From an uncultured Methanosarcinales archaeon (GTDB lineage: Archaea > Nanobdellota > Nanobdellia > Woesearchaeales > GW2011-AR9), in assembly GCA_964362485.1 (NCBI GenBank), contig CAYIEX010000002.1, positions 1 through 35,721 on the forward strand: a DNA stretch of 35,721 nt, written 5' to 3'. Below, in pieces: positions 27,422 to 34,714 of this stretch. The notes below the pieces were generated by a model. The model worked only from the letters and a program-made list of their open reading frames with translations, had not been told where the DNA came from and made no database searches. How positions within the stretch are numbered: position 1 is the first letter of the stretch; each line of letters starts with the position of its first letter. The position numbers were made by a program, and so were the translations under genes.

Positions 27422-27999
27422 TAATTCACCTTCAGAGTTTTGTCAACTTTTAAAGCCACATCCTGGATAAATTTTTTTTGTGTAAGTCCTTGGGCAACAT
27501 TAAATATCAGCCGAACGTCTTTTTCATTTTTCACTGTCCGCATTAGAAATTCTGAAAAACGTAATGTTTCAGAAAGAGGTTTGTATAAAGTGAGTGTTGT
27601 TAACGAATCAATGAAAATAAATCTCTTCCCTTTCAGCGTATCCAGAGAAGTATATACAGCTTTTACTAGTTCATCAACATTAATGTCTTTTGAGATAGAG
27701 ATACACCTTTCATCTTTTTTCATTTTGACTTCACTTTTCTTTTTGTTCTCTTTCTCTTGCGTTAGCGCAGCAGCTACATCAATAAAAATGATCGTCTTTA
27801 AATCAACGCCATGTTTTTTCAATAAAGAAGAAATGCTAGAAAACGGACGATGAAAGCTCACATATACGCAGGAATACCCTGCTTTTTGCAGCACTTTAAT
27901 CGTGTTATAATTCTGTTCAAAATAAGATTCCTCGGGGAGCTCTAACATTATTATTTTGCTTTCTTTTAGTGTAGAATGAAGAAGTTTTCCAATTACCAT
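27421..27999 (-). CDS. P-loop-less KaiC/RecA-like domain protein (DUF835-like), paralog 1
   Basis: KIIMLELPEESYF replaces the P-loop. CVYVSFHRP, FIFIDSLTTL and VRLIFNV are retained. ATG 27999 lies 2 nt after the upstream stop. The alternative GTG at 28005 would give a GTGA overlap. Confidence 0.55.
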   Translation of the reverse strand: MVIGKLLHSTLKESKIIMLELPEESYFEQNYNTIKVLQKAGYSCVYVSFHRPFSSISSLLKKHGVDLKTIIFIDVAAALTQEKENKKKSEVKMKKDERCISISKDINVDELVKAVYTSLDTLKGKRFIFIDSLTTLTLYKPLSETLRFSEFLMRTVKNEKDVRLIFNVAQGLTQKKFIQDVALKVDKTLKVN

Positions 28000-28001
28000 T
28001 T

Positions 28002-29528
28002 TCACACCTTTTTCTTAAATTTGTTTCCTATCTTAATGCCGGATTGTTCGGTAGTATACTGCCAAATATTTTTATCATGCGATGATCCTCTCAATTTTAA
28101 CACATGAAGAAGTTTTTCCACCCTTTGCCCACGCTCTACATAGCGCAGCATGATAATACCGTCTACGATTGAACTTAAACGTAATTCGGTGGAAGCTCCG
28201 CCACCAAGAAGATTGCCAGAGCGAGATTCAAATACTGACTCGGAGAGATAGGTGAATACGCAGGTAATTCCAAACGACTTGCAAAATCCTGCGAACTGCA
28301 ACAAAAACTCCCTCACTTGATTCTTATTTATAGCAGCACTTTCCAAGGAGGAGGTTGAATCAAAGACGATTCTTTTGAGCTTCATCTTTTTTGTAGTATT
28401 AACAATATCATAGAGAATCCTATCCGGATAAATATCTATCAAACCTGGGTTCAGGAATTTTAATATTCCTGATTTTTCATATTTTTCCAAGTCCAACCCA
28501 TGCCCTGTTGCTGTCTTTTTTATCTGAGTAATGGACTCTTCCAGTGCAACATACAAACACGGCTCATTTTTTTTCAACCCAGCCATCAAAAAATGAATTC
28601 CAAAAGTTGTTTTTCCTGAGCCCGTGTTTCCGACAAGCATAACCATATGTCCTTGTGGATATCCACCACCGATAAGCTGGTTAAATTTAGGAACTCCAGA
28701 ATCCAATCTAATCTTAAATTCAGTTGAGGCAACTTTCAAATCAATTGGAATTTTTGGATAAATTATCAGGCCGTCAGAATTGATGTCAAAGATAACTGCT
28801 CCGGTTCTAAACTCAATGCCGCGCATCTTAATTACTTGTAGCCGCCGAACCATCTGGTTTTCACCAGGAATATTTGTCAGACAGATGATACCATCGGAGA
28901 TGTATTCTTCAACACCATATACTGAATAGCTACCCTCTTTTGGGATTTCACTTGTCAGGATAGTTGTACAACCAAGTGTTGCTAAGACTTTATTCAATTC
29001 AAAAATAAATGAACGCACTTTGTCACGGTCATTGATGATATAAAGAATCGCAGTAATAGAATCAATAACTAACCGCTGCACCTTATGTTTTTTGACGTGA
29101 TCCTCAATAAATTTTAATGTTTTCTCCTGGTTAAATGTTTTGTGATCCAAGATATCGCGAATGTCAAGCACCAGTAACTTCTCATCTTCTACTGCTTTAC
29201 GGTCAAAAAAACTCATCGTTTCCGCATTACGTAAGGTCATAAACAATGATTCCGTCATAGTGATATACATGCCATTCTCACCATTCTTTACCCCGTCAAA
29301 GAGCCATTGTAAACAAAGAATAGTTTTACCGGAACCTGAAGATCCGGCAAGAAGTAGTATGATATCTTTAGGCAGACCGCCATTAAGCATTTCGTCTAAA
29401 CCGACAATCCCTGTTTTAACACGAGGAAGCATGTGTCTCTCCTGTAGCGATTTTTCAGGTAGAGTTTTAGAATGTTTTTTCTTTTGAGAAGTTTTAGAAT
29501 GTGTTGTAGGATTTTTCAAATCTTTCAT
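28002..29528 (-). CDS. Two-domain KaiC-like ATPase
   Basis: Domain 1: GIVGLDEMLNGGLPKDIILLLAGSSGSGKTILCLQW, LVIDSITAI, LQVIKMRG. Domain 2: SGVPKFNQLIGGGYPQGHMVMLVGNTGSGKTTFGIHF, YVALEES, IVFDSTSSL, LHVLKLRGSSH. The track start at 29537 is a GTG. ATG 29528 has GGGGTG (SD-like) 7-12 nt upstream. Confidence 0.85.
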   Translation of the reverse strand: MKDLKNPTTHSKTSQKKKHSKTLPEKSLQERHMLPRVKTGIVGLDEMLNGGLPKDIILLLAGSSGSGKTILCLQWLFDGVKNGENGMYITMTESLFMTLRNAETMSFFDRKAVEDEKLLVLDIRDILDHKTFNQEKTLKFIEDHVKKHKVQRLVIDSITAILYIINDRDKVRSFIFELNKVLATLGCTTILTSEIPKEGSYSVYGVEEYISDGIICLTNIPGENQMVRRLQVIKMRGIEFRTGAVIFDINSDGLIIYPKIPIDLKVASTEFKIRLDSGVPKFNQLIGGGYPQGHMVMLVGNTGSGKTTFGIHFLMAGLKKNEPCLYVALEESITQIKKTATGHGLDLEKYEKSGILKFLNPGLIDIYPDRILYDIVNTTKKMKLKRIVFDSTSSLESAAINKNQVREFLLQFAGFCKSFGITCVFTYLSESVFESRSGNLLGGGASTELRLSSIVDGIIMLRYVERGQRVEKLLHVLKLRGSSHDKNIWQYTTEQSGIKIGNKFKKKV

Positions 29529-29563
29529 CAGTAACACCCCTTTATAACTAACTTAATTTCTAT

Positions 29564-29578
29564 CTATTTATAAATATT
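29564..29578 (-). promoter_or_regulatory. TATA-like box (minus strand AATATTTATAAATAG) upstream of the KaiC-like operon
   Basis: Centred about 43 nt upstream of ATG 29528. This is compatible with a short leader of about 15 nt carrying the SD-like GGGGTG. Confidence 0.4.
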
Positions 29579-29627
29579 TTTAATTTCTTCACTTGTTGAT
29601 TTGAGATAATCTCTTGATTTTGTGCTG

Positions 29628-29738
29628 TTATAGCAACTGTTTGAAATGATAGTTTATGTCCGCTGGGACAACCACTTTAAACTCAACTTCTTGTGTTTCT
29701 CCACTTTTAATAAGAGCTGATAGTTCTTCTGATTTCAT
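29628..29738 (-). pseudogene. 36-aa ORF resembling only the N-terminal tip of an AlbA_2/Schlafen-type domain (possible gene remnant)
   Basis: Manual translation gives MKSEELSALIKSGETQEVEFKVVVPADINYHFKQLL*. The SGE(T/S)..(V/L)EFK start is typical of AlbA_2-domain proteins, but the ORF stops after 36 aa. Confidence 0.2.
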
Positions 29739-29867
29739 TTTACTTTAACCCCTAATAGTAACTTTAAGTAAGTTTAAGTAAAATTAGAGTAAATCCTGAA
29801 CTAACGGAACTCCCCCTAACCTTTAGTACCATAACCTAAATAAACAAAAACCAAATAGTCCCCTCAC

Positions 29868-30386
29868 ATGTCGTTTGCCTTTGGACACATCCTTGGTGGA
29901 TGGAGCTTTGGAAAAATCGCAGAACGAGTAAGAAAAACTCAATTTTCACACTACACCTGGTTCTTTATTATCTTCGGTGCGCTCCTGCCCGATGTTGATT
30001 TTCTCATTGATTGGGTCTTCAAAACCGACCTTCATCGTACATTTAGCCATAGTATCTTCTTTCTCATCGCAGCACCACTCACAACATTCATTCTCTTTCA
30101 CATTCTGAACCATCCTGAAAAAAAGCAATTCGCCCTCGCACTAGCGATAGGAATTCTATCACATCTTACCCTCGATTTCTTCACAAACAGGGGCATCCCT
30201 CTACTCTGGCCAAGTCTACTCCACTTTTCCGTGTACAAAATCCATTATTTCGATCTCGCCACACCCTCGTTTCTGGATAATGACGCCGCACACCTTCGCA
30301 CCAGTCTCAAATTAGCAGTTCTCGATATGGCCATTGGCACAGCATTCCTATTCTACTTATGGTGGAGAAAAAAAATTAAATTCTAG
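29868..30386 (+). CDS. Membrane-bound metal-dependent hydrolase, YdjM/DUF457 family
   Basis: FGHILGGW, LLPDVDFLID, HRTFSHSIFF, SHLTLDFFT..GIPLLWP. Confidence 0.7.
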   Translation: MSFAFGHILGGWSFGKIAERVRKTQFSHYTWFFIIFGALLPDVDFLIDWVFKTDLHRTFSHSIFFLIAAPLTTFILFHILNHPEKKQFALALAIGILSHLTLDFFTNRGIPLLWPSLLHFSVYKIHYFDLATPSFLDNDAAHLRTSLKLAVLDMAIGTAFLFYLWWRKKIKF

Positions 30387-30410
30387 CGAAGAACCGATTA
30401 TAACCCCCCC

Positions 30411-30558
30411 ACCAAACCGTATGTGCATAGCATCATAAAGTCAAAACCCCATTTATTACAGAAGCGAGCTCGTCGCGAGGGGTTGCTCCATCCGGGAACG
30501 CAGAGCAATAGATAATATCATCAGGGGTTTTGAAGATGCTATGCACATACACCAAACC
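30411..30558. mobile_element. MITE-like element: 132 bp with 16-bp perfect terminal inverted repeats, flanked by 8-bp direct repeats
   Basis: Left TIR GTATGTGCATAGCATC (30419..30434) and right TIR GATGCTATGCACATAC (30535..30550) are exact reverse complements. An internal second stem pairs TCAAAACCCC (30441..30450) with GGGGTTTTGA (30524..30533). ACCAAACC is present immediately outside both ends (30411..30418 and 30551..30558). Confidence 0.5.
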
Positions 30559-30606
30559 AAAAAGGATATAAAAGCAGATCCCCCTCTTCGCAAAAAGAGG
30601 TAGCAG

Positions 30607-31056
30607 ATGATCCATTCTGAACAAGTAAAAACATTATTGTGGTCGGTTCTAGGTCTAGCTGGAATAATCACATTCTGGCGTGGAATTTGGGAAGGCGCAT
30701 CCTACATCCCAATCATTGACTCCCTTTGGATAAGTCTATTTTTAGGCCTGATCATGATGGCAATTACAGCATTCATGTTCCAAAATCAGCCGCTACAAAG
30801 TTCAGAGAAAATAATTCGCTCTCTGCAAAACCATCCTCAAAAACAGGAATTTCATCTCAAATATAGAGACAACTTAATCAATAAAGAAGTAGCCATTCCT
30901 GCCCATCACATTAAAAAAGTTCAAAAAGGTTTTGTCACCATTGAAGATAAAGACACCGGAATGGATTACTTCTTGCCCATTGAACGTATCGTAGAAACAA
31001 CCTTCCAAGGTAAAACGCATTGGAAGAAAGCCAAGAAAGCAGAGGAAGCAGCATGA
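30607..31056 (+). CDS. Two-TM membrane protein with a C-terminal DUF504/UPF0248-like domain, paralog 1
   Basis: LLWSVLGLAGIITFWRGIWEG and SLWISLFLGLIMMAITAFMF. C-terminal EFHLKYRDNLINKEVAIPAHHIKKVQKGFVTIEDKDTGMDYFLPIERIVETTFQGKTHW resembles the Y.I.Y..R......I....I....F......IPyHRI..I...G..W pattern (by eye). Confidence 0.5.
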   Translation: MIHSEQVKTLLWSVLGLAGIITFWRGIWEGASYIPIIDSLWISLFLGLIMMAITAFMFQNQPLQSSEKIIRSLQNHPQKQEFHLKYRDNLINKEVAIPAHHIKKVQKGFVTIEDKDTGMDYFLPIERIVETTFQGKTHWKKAKKAEEAA

Positions 31057-31490
31057 TAATGCGCGAACAAGACAAGCACTTTCTCTGGTCACTCTTTGGA
31101 GCCATCGGTCTGATCCTTTTCTGGCGCGGTGTCTGGGAGCTTCCCGCAGACCTTCACTTCAATGATTTACACTGGATCAGCCTTTTTATAGGTTTACTAA
31201 TCCTCACCATCTCCGGACTTGTCTTTCGTGAGTTCGATCCTCTTGGTGGACTTGAAAAAACCTTAGGCAACACATTTCGCCATATTTACAATGCCCAAGA
31301 TAAGGCAAACTATGTCATAATTTATCATCACCCCGGTTTAAAAAAGGATGTACATATCAACGGCGCTGCCTTGCGAAGTGTAGAACAAAACTACCTCATC
31401 TTTGAAGATGCTAAGAAAAAAGAATTCTTCGTGCCATTCGACCATATTACTGAAATTAATCATGACGGAAAAATGTATTGGCGATTCTAA
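31053..31490 (+). CDS. Two-TM membrane protein with a C-terminal DUF504/UPF0248-like domain, paralog 2
   Basis: FLWSLFGAIGLILFWRGVWEL and LHWISLFIGLLILTISGLVF. C-terminal NYVIIYHHPGLKKDVHINGAALRSVEQNYLIFEDAKKKEFFVPFDHITEINHDGKMYW. ATG 31053 overlaps the upstream TGA (ATGA). The track start at 31020 is a TTG. Confidence 0.5.
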   Translation: MIMREQDKHFLWSLFGAIGLILFWRGVWELPADLHFNDLHWISLFIGLLILTISGLVFREFDPLGGLEKTLGNTFRHIYNAQDKANYVIIYHHPGLKKDVHINGAALRSVEQNYLIFEDAKKKEFFVPFDHITEINHDGKMYWRF

Positions 31491-32098
31491 TGAAACACAA
31501 CACTCAAACGACCAATCATCGGCAGCCAAAAAAGCGAATTCTCAGTAAAAAAGCAATCACTGCTATAATGGGAACGGTTCTGCTCATCACCTTTGCTGTT
31601 GCTATCGGCTCCGTCGTAATGAGCTTAGGTAGTGCTGAAGTGGAAGAGGAAGCAGAATGTGCCATAGATATCAACATGAAATTAGCGCAAATCAAAGGCG
31701 TTGATCAATTATGCTATAATCAAGCTAAAAACACAATTACATTTACCATCGAAAACGGCAAGAATATCAAAGTAGAAGGTCTCATTATTAATATCCTAGG
31801 TACTGAAAAAGCAGAAACCGCAGAATTAAATGAAGCGAAAATCACCAAAGCCGGAACCTATTTGGGAAAAGTACCGTACAACAAAGTACTTGCCGGAGAT
31901 TTGCAACAGGTCAAAATTATCCCTAAAGTAACTCTCTATGATGAAGAACAAATTTGTACCGAAAAAGCACTTATCATTGAAGATTTTCCACTATGTCCCG
32001 GATCATCTGCCCCAGCTAAGACACAACCAAAAGCTCCTGCTGCGAAAAAACCAGCCACTTCTCCTGCAAAAAAAGCACCAGTGAAGATAACAAACTAA
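31490..32098 (+). CDS. Archaeal type IV pilin-like protein (class III signal peptide) with an Ala/Pro/Lys-rich C-terminal tail
   Basis: MKHNTQTTNHRQPKKRILSKKA/ITAIMGTVLLITFAVAIGSVV has a basic stretch, a small residue, then the hydrophobic I(T/S)xIxGTVLLI typical of archaeal prepilin N-termini. The ATG overlaps the upstream TAA (TAATG). The track start at 31478 is a TTG. Confidence 0.55.
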   Translation: MKHNTQTTNHRQPKKRILSKKAITAIMGTVLLITFAVAIGSVVMSLGSAEVEEEAECAIDINMKLAQIKGVDQLCYNQAKNTITFTIENGKNIKVEGLIINILGTEKAETAELNEAKITKAGTYLGKVPYNKVLAGDLQQVKIIPKVTLYDEEQICTEKALIIEDFPLCPGSSAPAKTQPKAPAAKKPATSPAKKAPVKITN

Positions 32099-32127
32099 GC
32101 CCCAACGTGGTTGTCACTTCCAGGCAT

Positions 32128-32436
32128 TCAGCGAGAAGATTGTAGATCCTCAATGAGCTTCTTAATTTCATCAATCGAACGGATTCCTTTAACAAACAGT
32201 CCTTGGGGATAAACACAAGCAACCCCGCCTTCTGCATTACAAAAACCAAGACACGAAGCCTTCGTACAATACACCTCGCCCGTCCACCCTTCACTTCGAA
32301 CCCACTCTTTTAACGTATTTACATCCTCTACTTTGATACGCGGTCCACAACTCGGCTTCGTATTACCAGCAATTCCGCTGCGATCATTAACGCACACAAA
32401 CACATGCAATTTTGGTTTAACCGGGATAAATTCCAT
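32128..32436 (-). CDS. Thioredoxin-like [2Fe-2S] ferredoxin family protein
   Basis: HVFVCVNDRSG...KPSCGPR...ASCLGFCNAEGGVACVYPQGLF. The Cys spacing and the CLGxC...P.G motif are typical of this family. Confidence 0.6.
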   Translation of the reverse strand: MEFIPVKPKLHVFVCVNDRSGIAGNTKPSCGPRIKVEDVNTLKEWVRSEGWTGEVYCTKASCLGFCNAEGGVACVYPQGLFVKGIRSIDEIKKLIEDLQSSR

Positions 32437-32449
32437 TTGCTTTTAGTCC

Positions 32450-32806
32450 TTACTTCTGCTCGCTCAAAGCCCGCTCCAATGCCGGAAAAAGCACTTTAGC
32501 AACAGTATAAGGCTTGTAACAAAAAGCAACATAATCAACACCTGCAACAAGACTAAAGCGAGATTCTATTTCCCTTCGAGTCAATGTTGATGAAATAATA
32601 AGTGGTACATGGAGTCTCTGCAATTCATCATAACATTCACGAAAATTATCAATACCAAAAGGTTCAACAATCGCCGCATCATATCGCGTGGGCGGTAGAG
32701 GAGACGGAAAATGATCATAACAATCCAAAACATGATCTTCTAAGAGATCAGTCTCTGGAAAACCAAAACGCGCCGAGCCAATATCAACAAGTAAAATGTG
32801 TGCCAT
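32450..32806 (-). CDS. Stand-alone CheY-like receiver domain with a non-canonical acceptor site (pseudo-receiver)
   Basis: ILLVDIGS (one acidic residue instead of DD), YDAAIVEPFG (Glu where the phospho-acceptor Asp is expected), PLIISST (conserved Ser/Thr) and YKPYT (conserved Lys). It lies 13 nt upstream of the ferredoxin-like gene. Confidence 0.5.
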   Translation of the reverse strand: MAHILLVDIGSARFGFPETDLLEDHVLDCYDHFPSPLPPTRYDAAIVEPFGIDNFRECYDELQRLHVPLIISSTLTRREIESRFSLVAGVDYVAFCYKPYTVAKVLFPALERALSEQK

Positions 32807-32893
32807 CTATTCTCAAGAAAAGATGCTATTTATAAGAATTACCCTCCATTTGTCACCCCAAACAAATATATACTCAAAAATATTCCTTGCATC

Positions 32894-33400
32894 ATGAACG
32901 AGTTTTGGGAAAAAGTCGAACACGTTAACGGCAAGCTAATTCCTTATTGTATTGTTCTTCTCCTCATCATCATCATTGTTGAAGTATTTTTACACATTGA
33001 AAATCATCTTGTTCATCTCATCCTTAAAATTGTAGATTATATCATTATAACCATCTTCATTGTTGATTTAGTCTGTTTAGCAATAAAAGCTAAACATCAA
33101 GGGCATGGTGTAGGTTACTTTCTTAAAAAATACTGGCTGGACATTCTCGCTGTTTTTCCCTTCGTTCTCTTTTTAGAAGGCATCAGTCGTAGTTTTCGAT
33201 TGTTCACTGCAACCGAAAGTGTCGTTTTAGGCCAAGGTATTGTTCACGAATCACTAGAACTAACCAAAGCTACATCACGAGCAGAAAAACTCGTTAAAGT
33301 GGGAAGAGGTTTGCGTATAGGCGCGCGCGTAGTACGTGTAATCACCAAAAGCAATAGTATTATTCGTTTTAAACGAAAACAAATCAAATTCCCATTCTAA
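32894..33400 (+). CDS. Ion-transport-family voltage-sensor-like domain protein (S1-S4 only, no pore domain)
   Basis: S1 LIPYCIVLLLIIIIVEVFL. S2 IVDYIIITIFIVDLVCLAIKA. S3 YWLDILAVFPFVLFL. S4-like KLVKVGRGLRIGARVVRVITK, with basic residues roughly every third position. The ORF ends about 20 aa later. The track start at 32798 is a GTG. ATG 32894 has an AAATATATAC box centred 25 nt upstream. Confidence 0.45.
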   Translation: MNEFWEKVEHVNGKLIPYCIVLLLIIIIVEVFLHIENHLVHLILKIVDYIIITIFIVDLVCLAIKAKHQGHGVGYFLKKYWLDILAVFPFVLFLEGISRSFRLFTATESVVLGQGIVHESLELTKATSRAEKLVKVGRGLRIGARVVRVITKSNSIIRFKRKQIKFPF

Positions 33401-33463
33401 TAAACAGTCTTTTCAGAAACAAGCTACTAAGTTCATCTCCGCAGCAAATACACCAGGAAATGA

Positions 33464-34714
33464 TTATGAAAACCGGAGATCGATAACCCGTTTTACTCTA
33501 TCCGCAACATACGCAGAAGCAAAAACTCTCTTGGTGGCAATACCTAAATCACGAACCTCATACGGTACACGAGCAAACAATGTACCCTCTTTAACAAACG
33601 TATCTCGATTTCTTTTCTTAAATTCAGCTGCAAATTCAACCATTGTAATGGGAGGCCCCTCACGAATAAAATGAGGAGGAAGTTCCTTCTTCTTCACAAC
33701 AAAGTACAACACAGCATGTGGTGCGACCCACTCCCATCCTTTACGATGAATCTCAAACGGTGAAAGACTAATCTCTATTTGCTCAAAGACTTTAAGTAAC
33801 TTTGAACCAACAACATCTTTTTTACCTGCGAGCGGCTCAATGACCGCAAAAACCAAGTGATGTTTTGCACGCTTAGTCTCGGCCGATAATGAATCGAAAT
33901 TTAACTGCTTTACAATAAAAAAATCCGAAGATGGCTTTTTAAGATAAGCTTTAGCACGTGCTTTAAAGAGACTAAATTTCTCTTTCCCCAGAGCCGCCGC
34001 CGCATTACGACTCTTATCCACCGGATCAATAACAATAAGTGGCGATTGCAATTTAGATTGGTTAAGCTCAAATAAAGCCATTTTTCGGGGATAATATTTC
34101 TCCACATCAATAATATGTGGTTCTTTCCAAGTGGTCGCCCCTTCTAGTAATTTTACAAAAGAGCCATAATGAACAACTACTATCTCCAGAACATAACCAC
34201 TAAAACCAGCAATATACGACTCTGCACCATAAAGATCAGCAGCTTTAGCAAATTGTTTTGCAAGACGTATCTCATCCTTAAGATTTTTAGCTTTCACATT
34301 CACCCACGCACTATGAAGAGGTGATATATCGGTAATATTTTTAGCCTCAGCCGCTTTAGAAATCTTAAGGATTGGAACAACCTCAAATGTAATGGATTCT
34401 ACTGCAAGTTGAAAATAATCTCGGCTTCCATGCAACCTTGTAATAACAGCCTTCGGAAACGCTTTTTTAAGCACAGGCTCAAGTAAATCAGAAAGTTGAG
34501 CTGACTTCTCTGCATACTTCTTGTAATCATAAATCACAAAAATATCCGCATCATGCGTAGGATTCAACCACGTATCCTTCGCACCACTTCCCCCCAAAAT
34601 AACCTGAGCATCATGTAACTTCGTTTGCAGGGTTGAAATAAAAGCCTGTACAGTACCTAAGAACACTTTTTTTTGAGTATCCGTAGGCTTAATTACTGCT
34701 AGTACCGACTCCAT
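33464..34714 (-). CDS. cca: CCA-adding tRNA nucleotidyltransferase, archaeal class I
   Basis: GGSGAKDTWLNPTHDADIFV nucleotidyltransferase motif, with length and layout typical of the archaeal enzyme. TATA box (minus strand TATATATAAAAC) is centred about 29 nt upstream. Confidence 0.8.
   Translation of the reverse strand: MESVLAVIKPTDTQKKVFLGTVQAFISTLQTKLHDAQVILGGSGAKDTWLNPTHDADIFVIYDYKKYAEKSAQLSDLLEPVLKKAFPKAVITRLHGSRDYFQLAVESITFEVVPILKISKAAEAKNITDISPLHSAWVNVKAKNLKDEIRLAKQFAKAADLYGAESYIAGFSGYVLEIVVVHYGSFVKLLEGATTWKEPHIIDVEKYYPRKMALFELNQSKLQSPLIVIDPVDKSRNAAAALGKEKFSLFKARAKAYLKKPSSDFFIVKQLNFDSLSAETKRAKHHLVFAVIEPLAGKKDVVGSKLLKVFEQIEISLSPFEIHRKGWEWVAPHAVLYFVVKKKELPPHFIREGPPITMVEFAAEFKKRNRDTFVKEGTLFARVPYEVRDLGIATKRVFASAYVADRVKRVIDLRFS

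Noticed and set aside
30451-30523. C/D-box sRNA candidate inside the inverted-repeat element (minus-strand TGATGA)
   Set aside because: No CTGA D box at the expected distance from the 3' end, and no C'/D' pair. H/ACA features (ACA box spacing, K-turn) are also not convincing.
30433-30671. Two overlapping minus-strand ORFs (63 and 71 aa)
   Set aside because: They run through the inverted-repeat element and into the start of the 30607 gene. They have no promoter or SD and their composition is implausible. The region is better explained by the MITE-like element.
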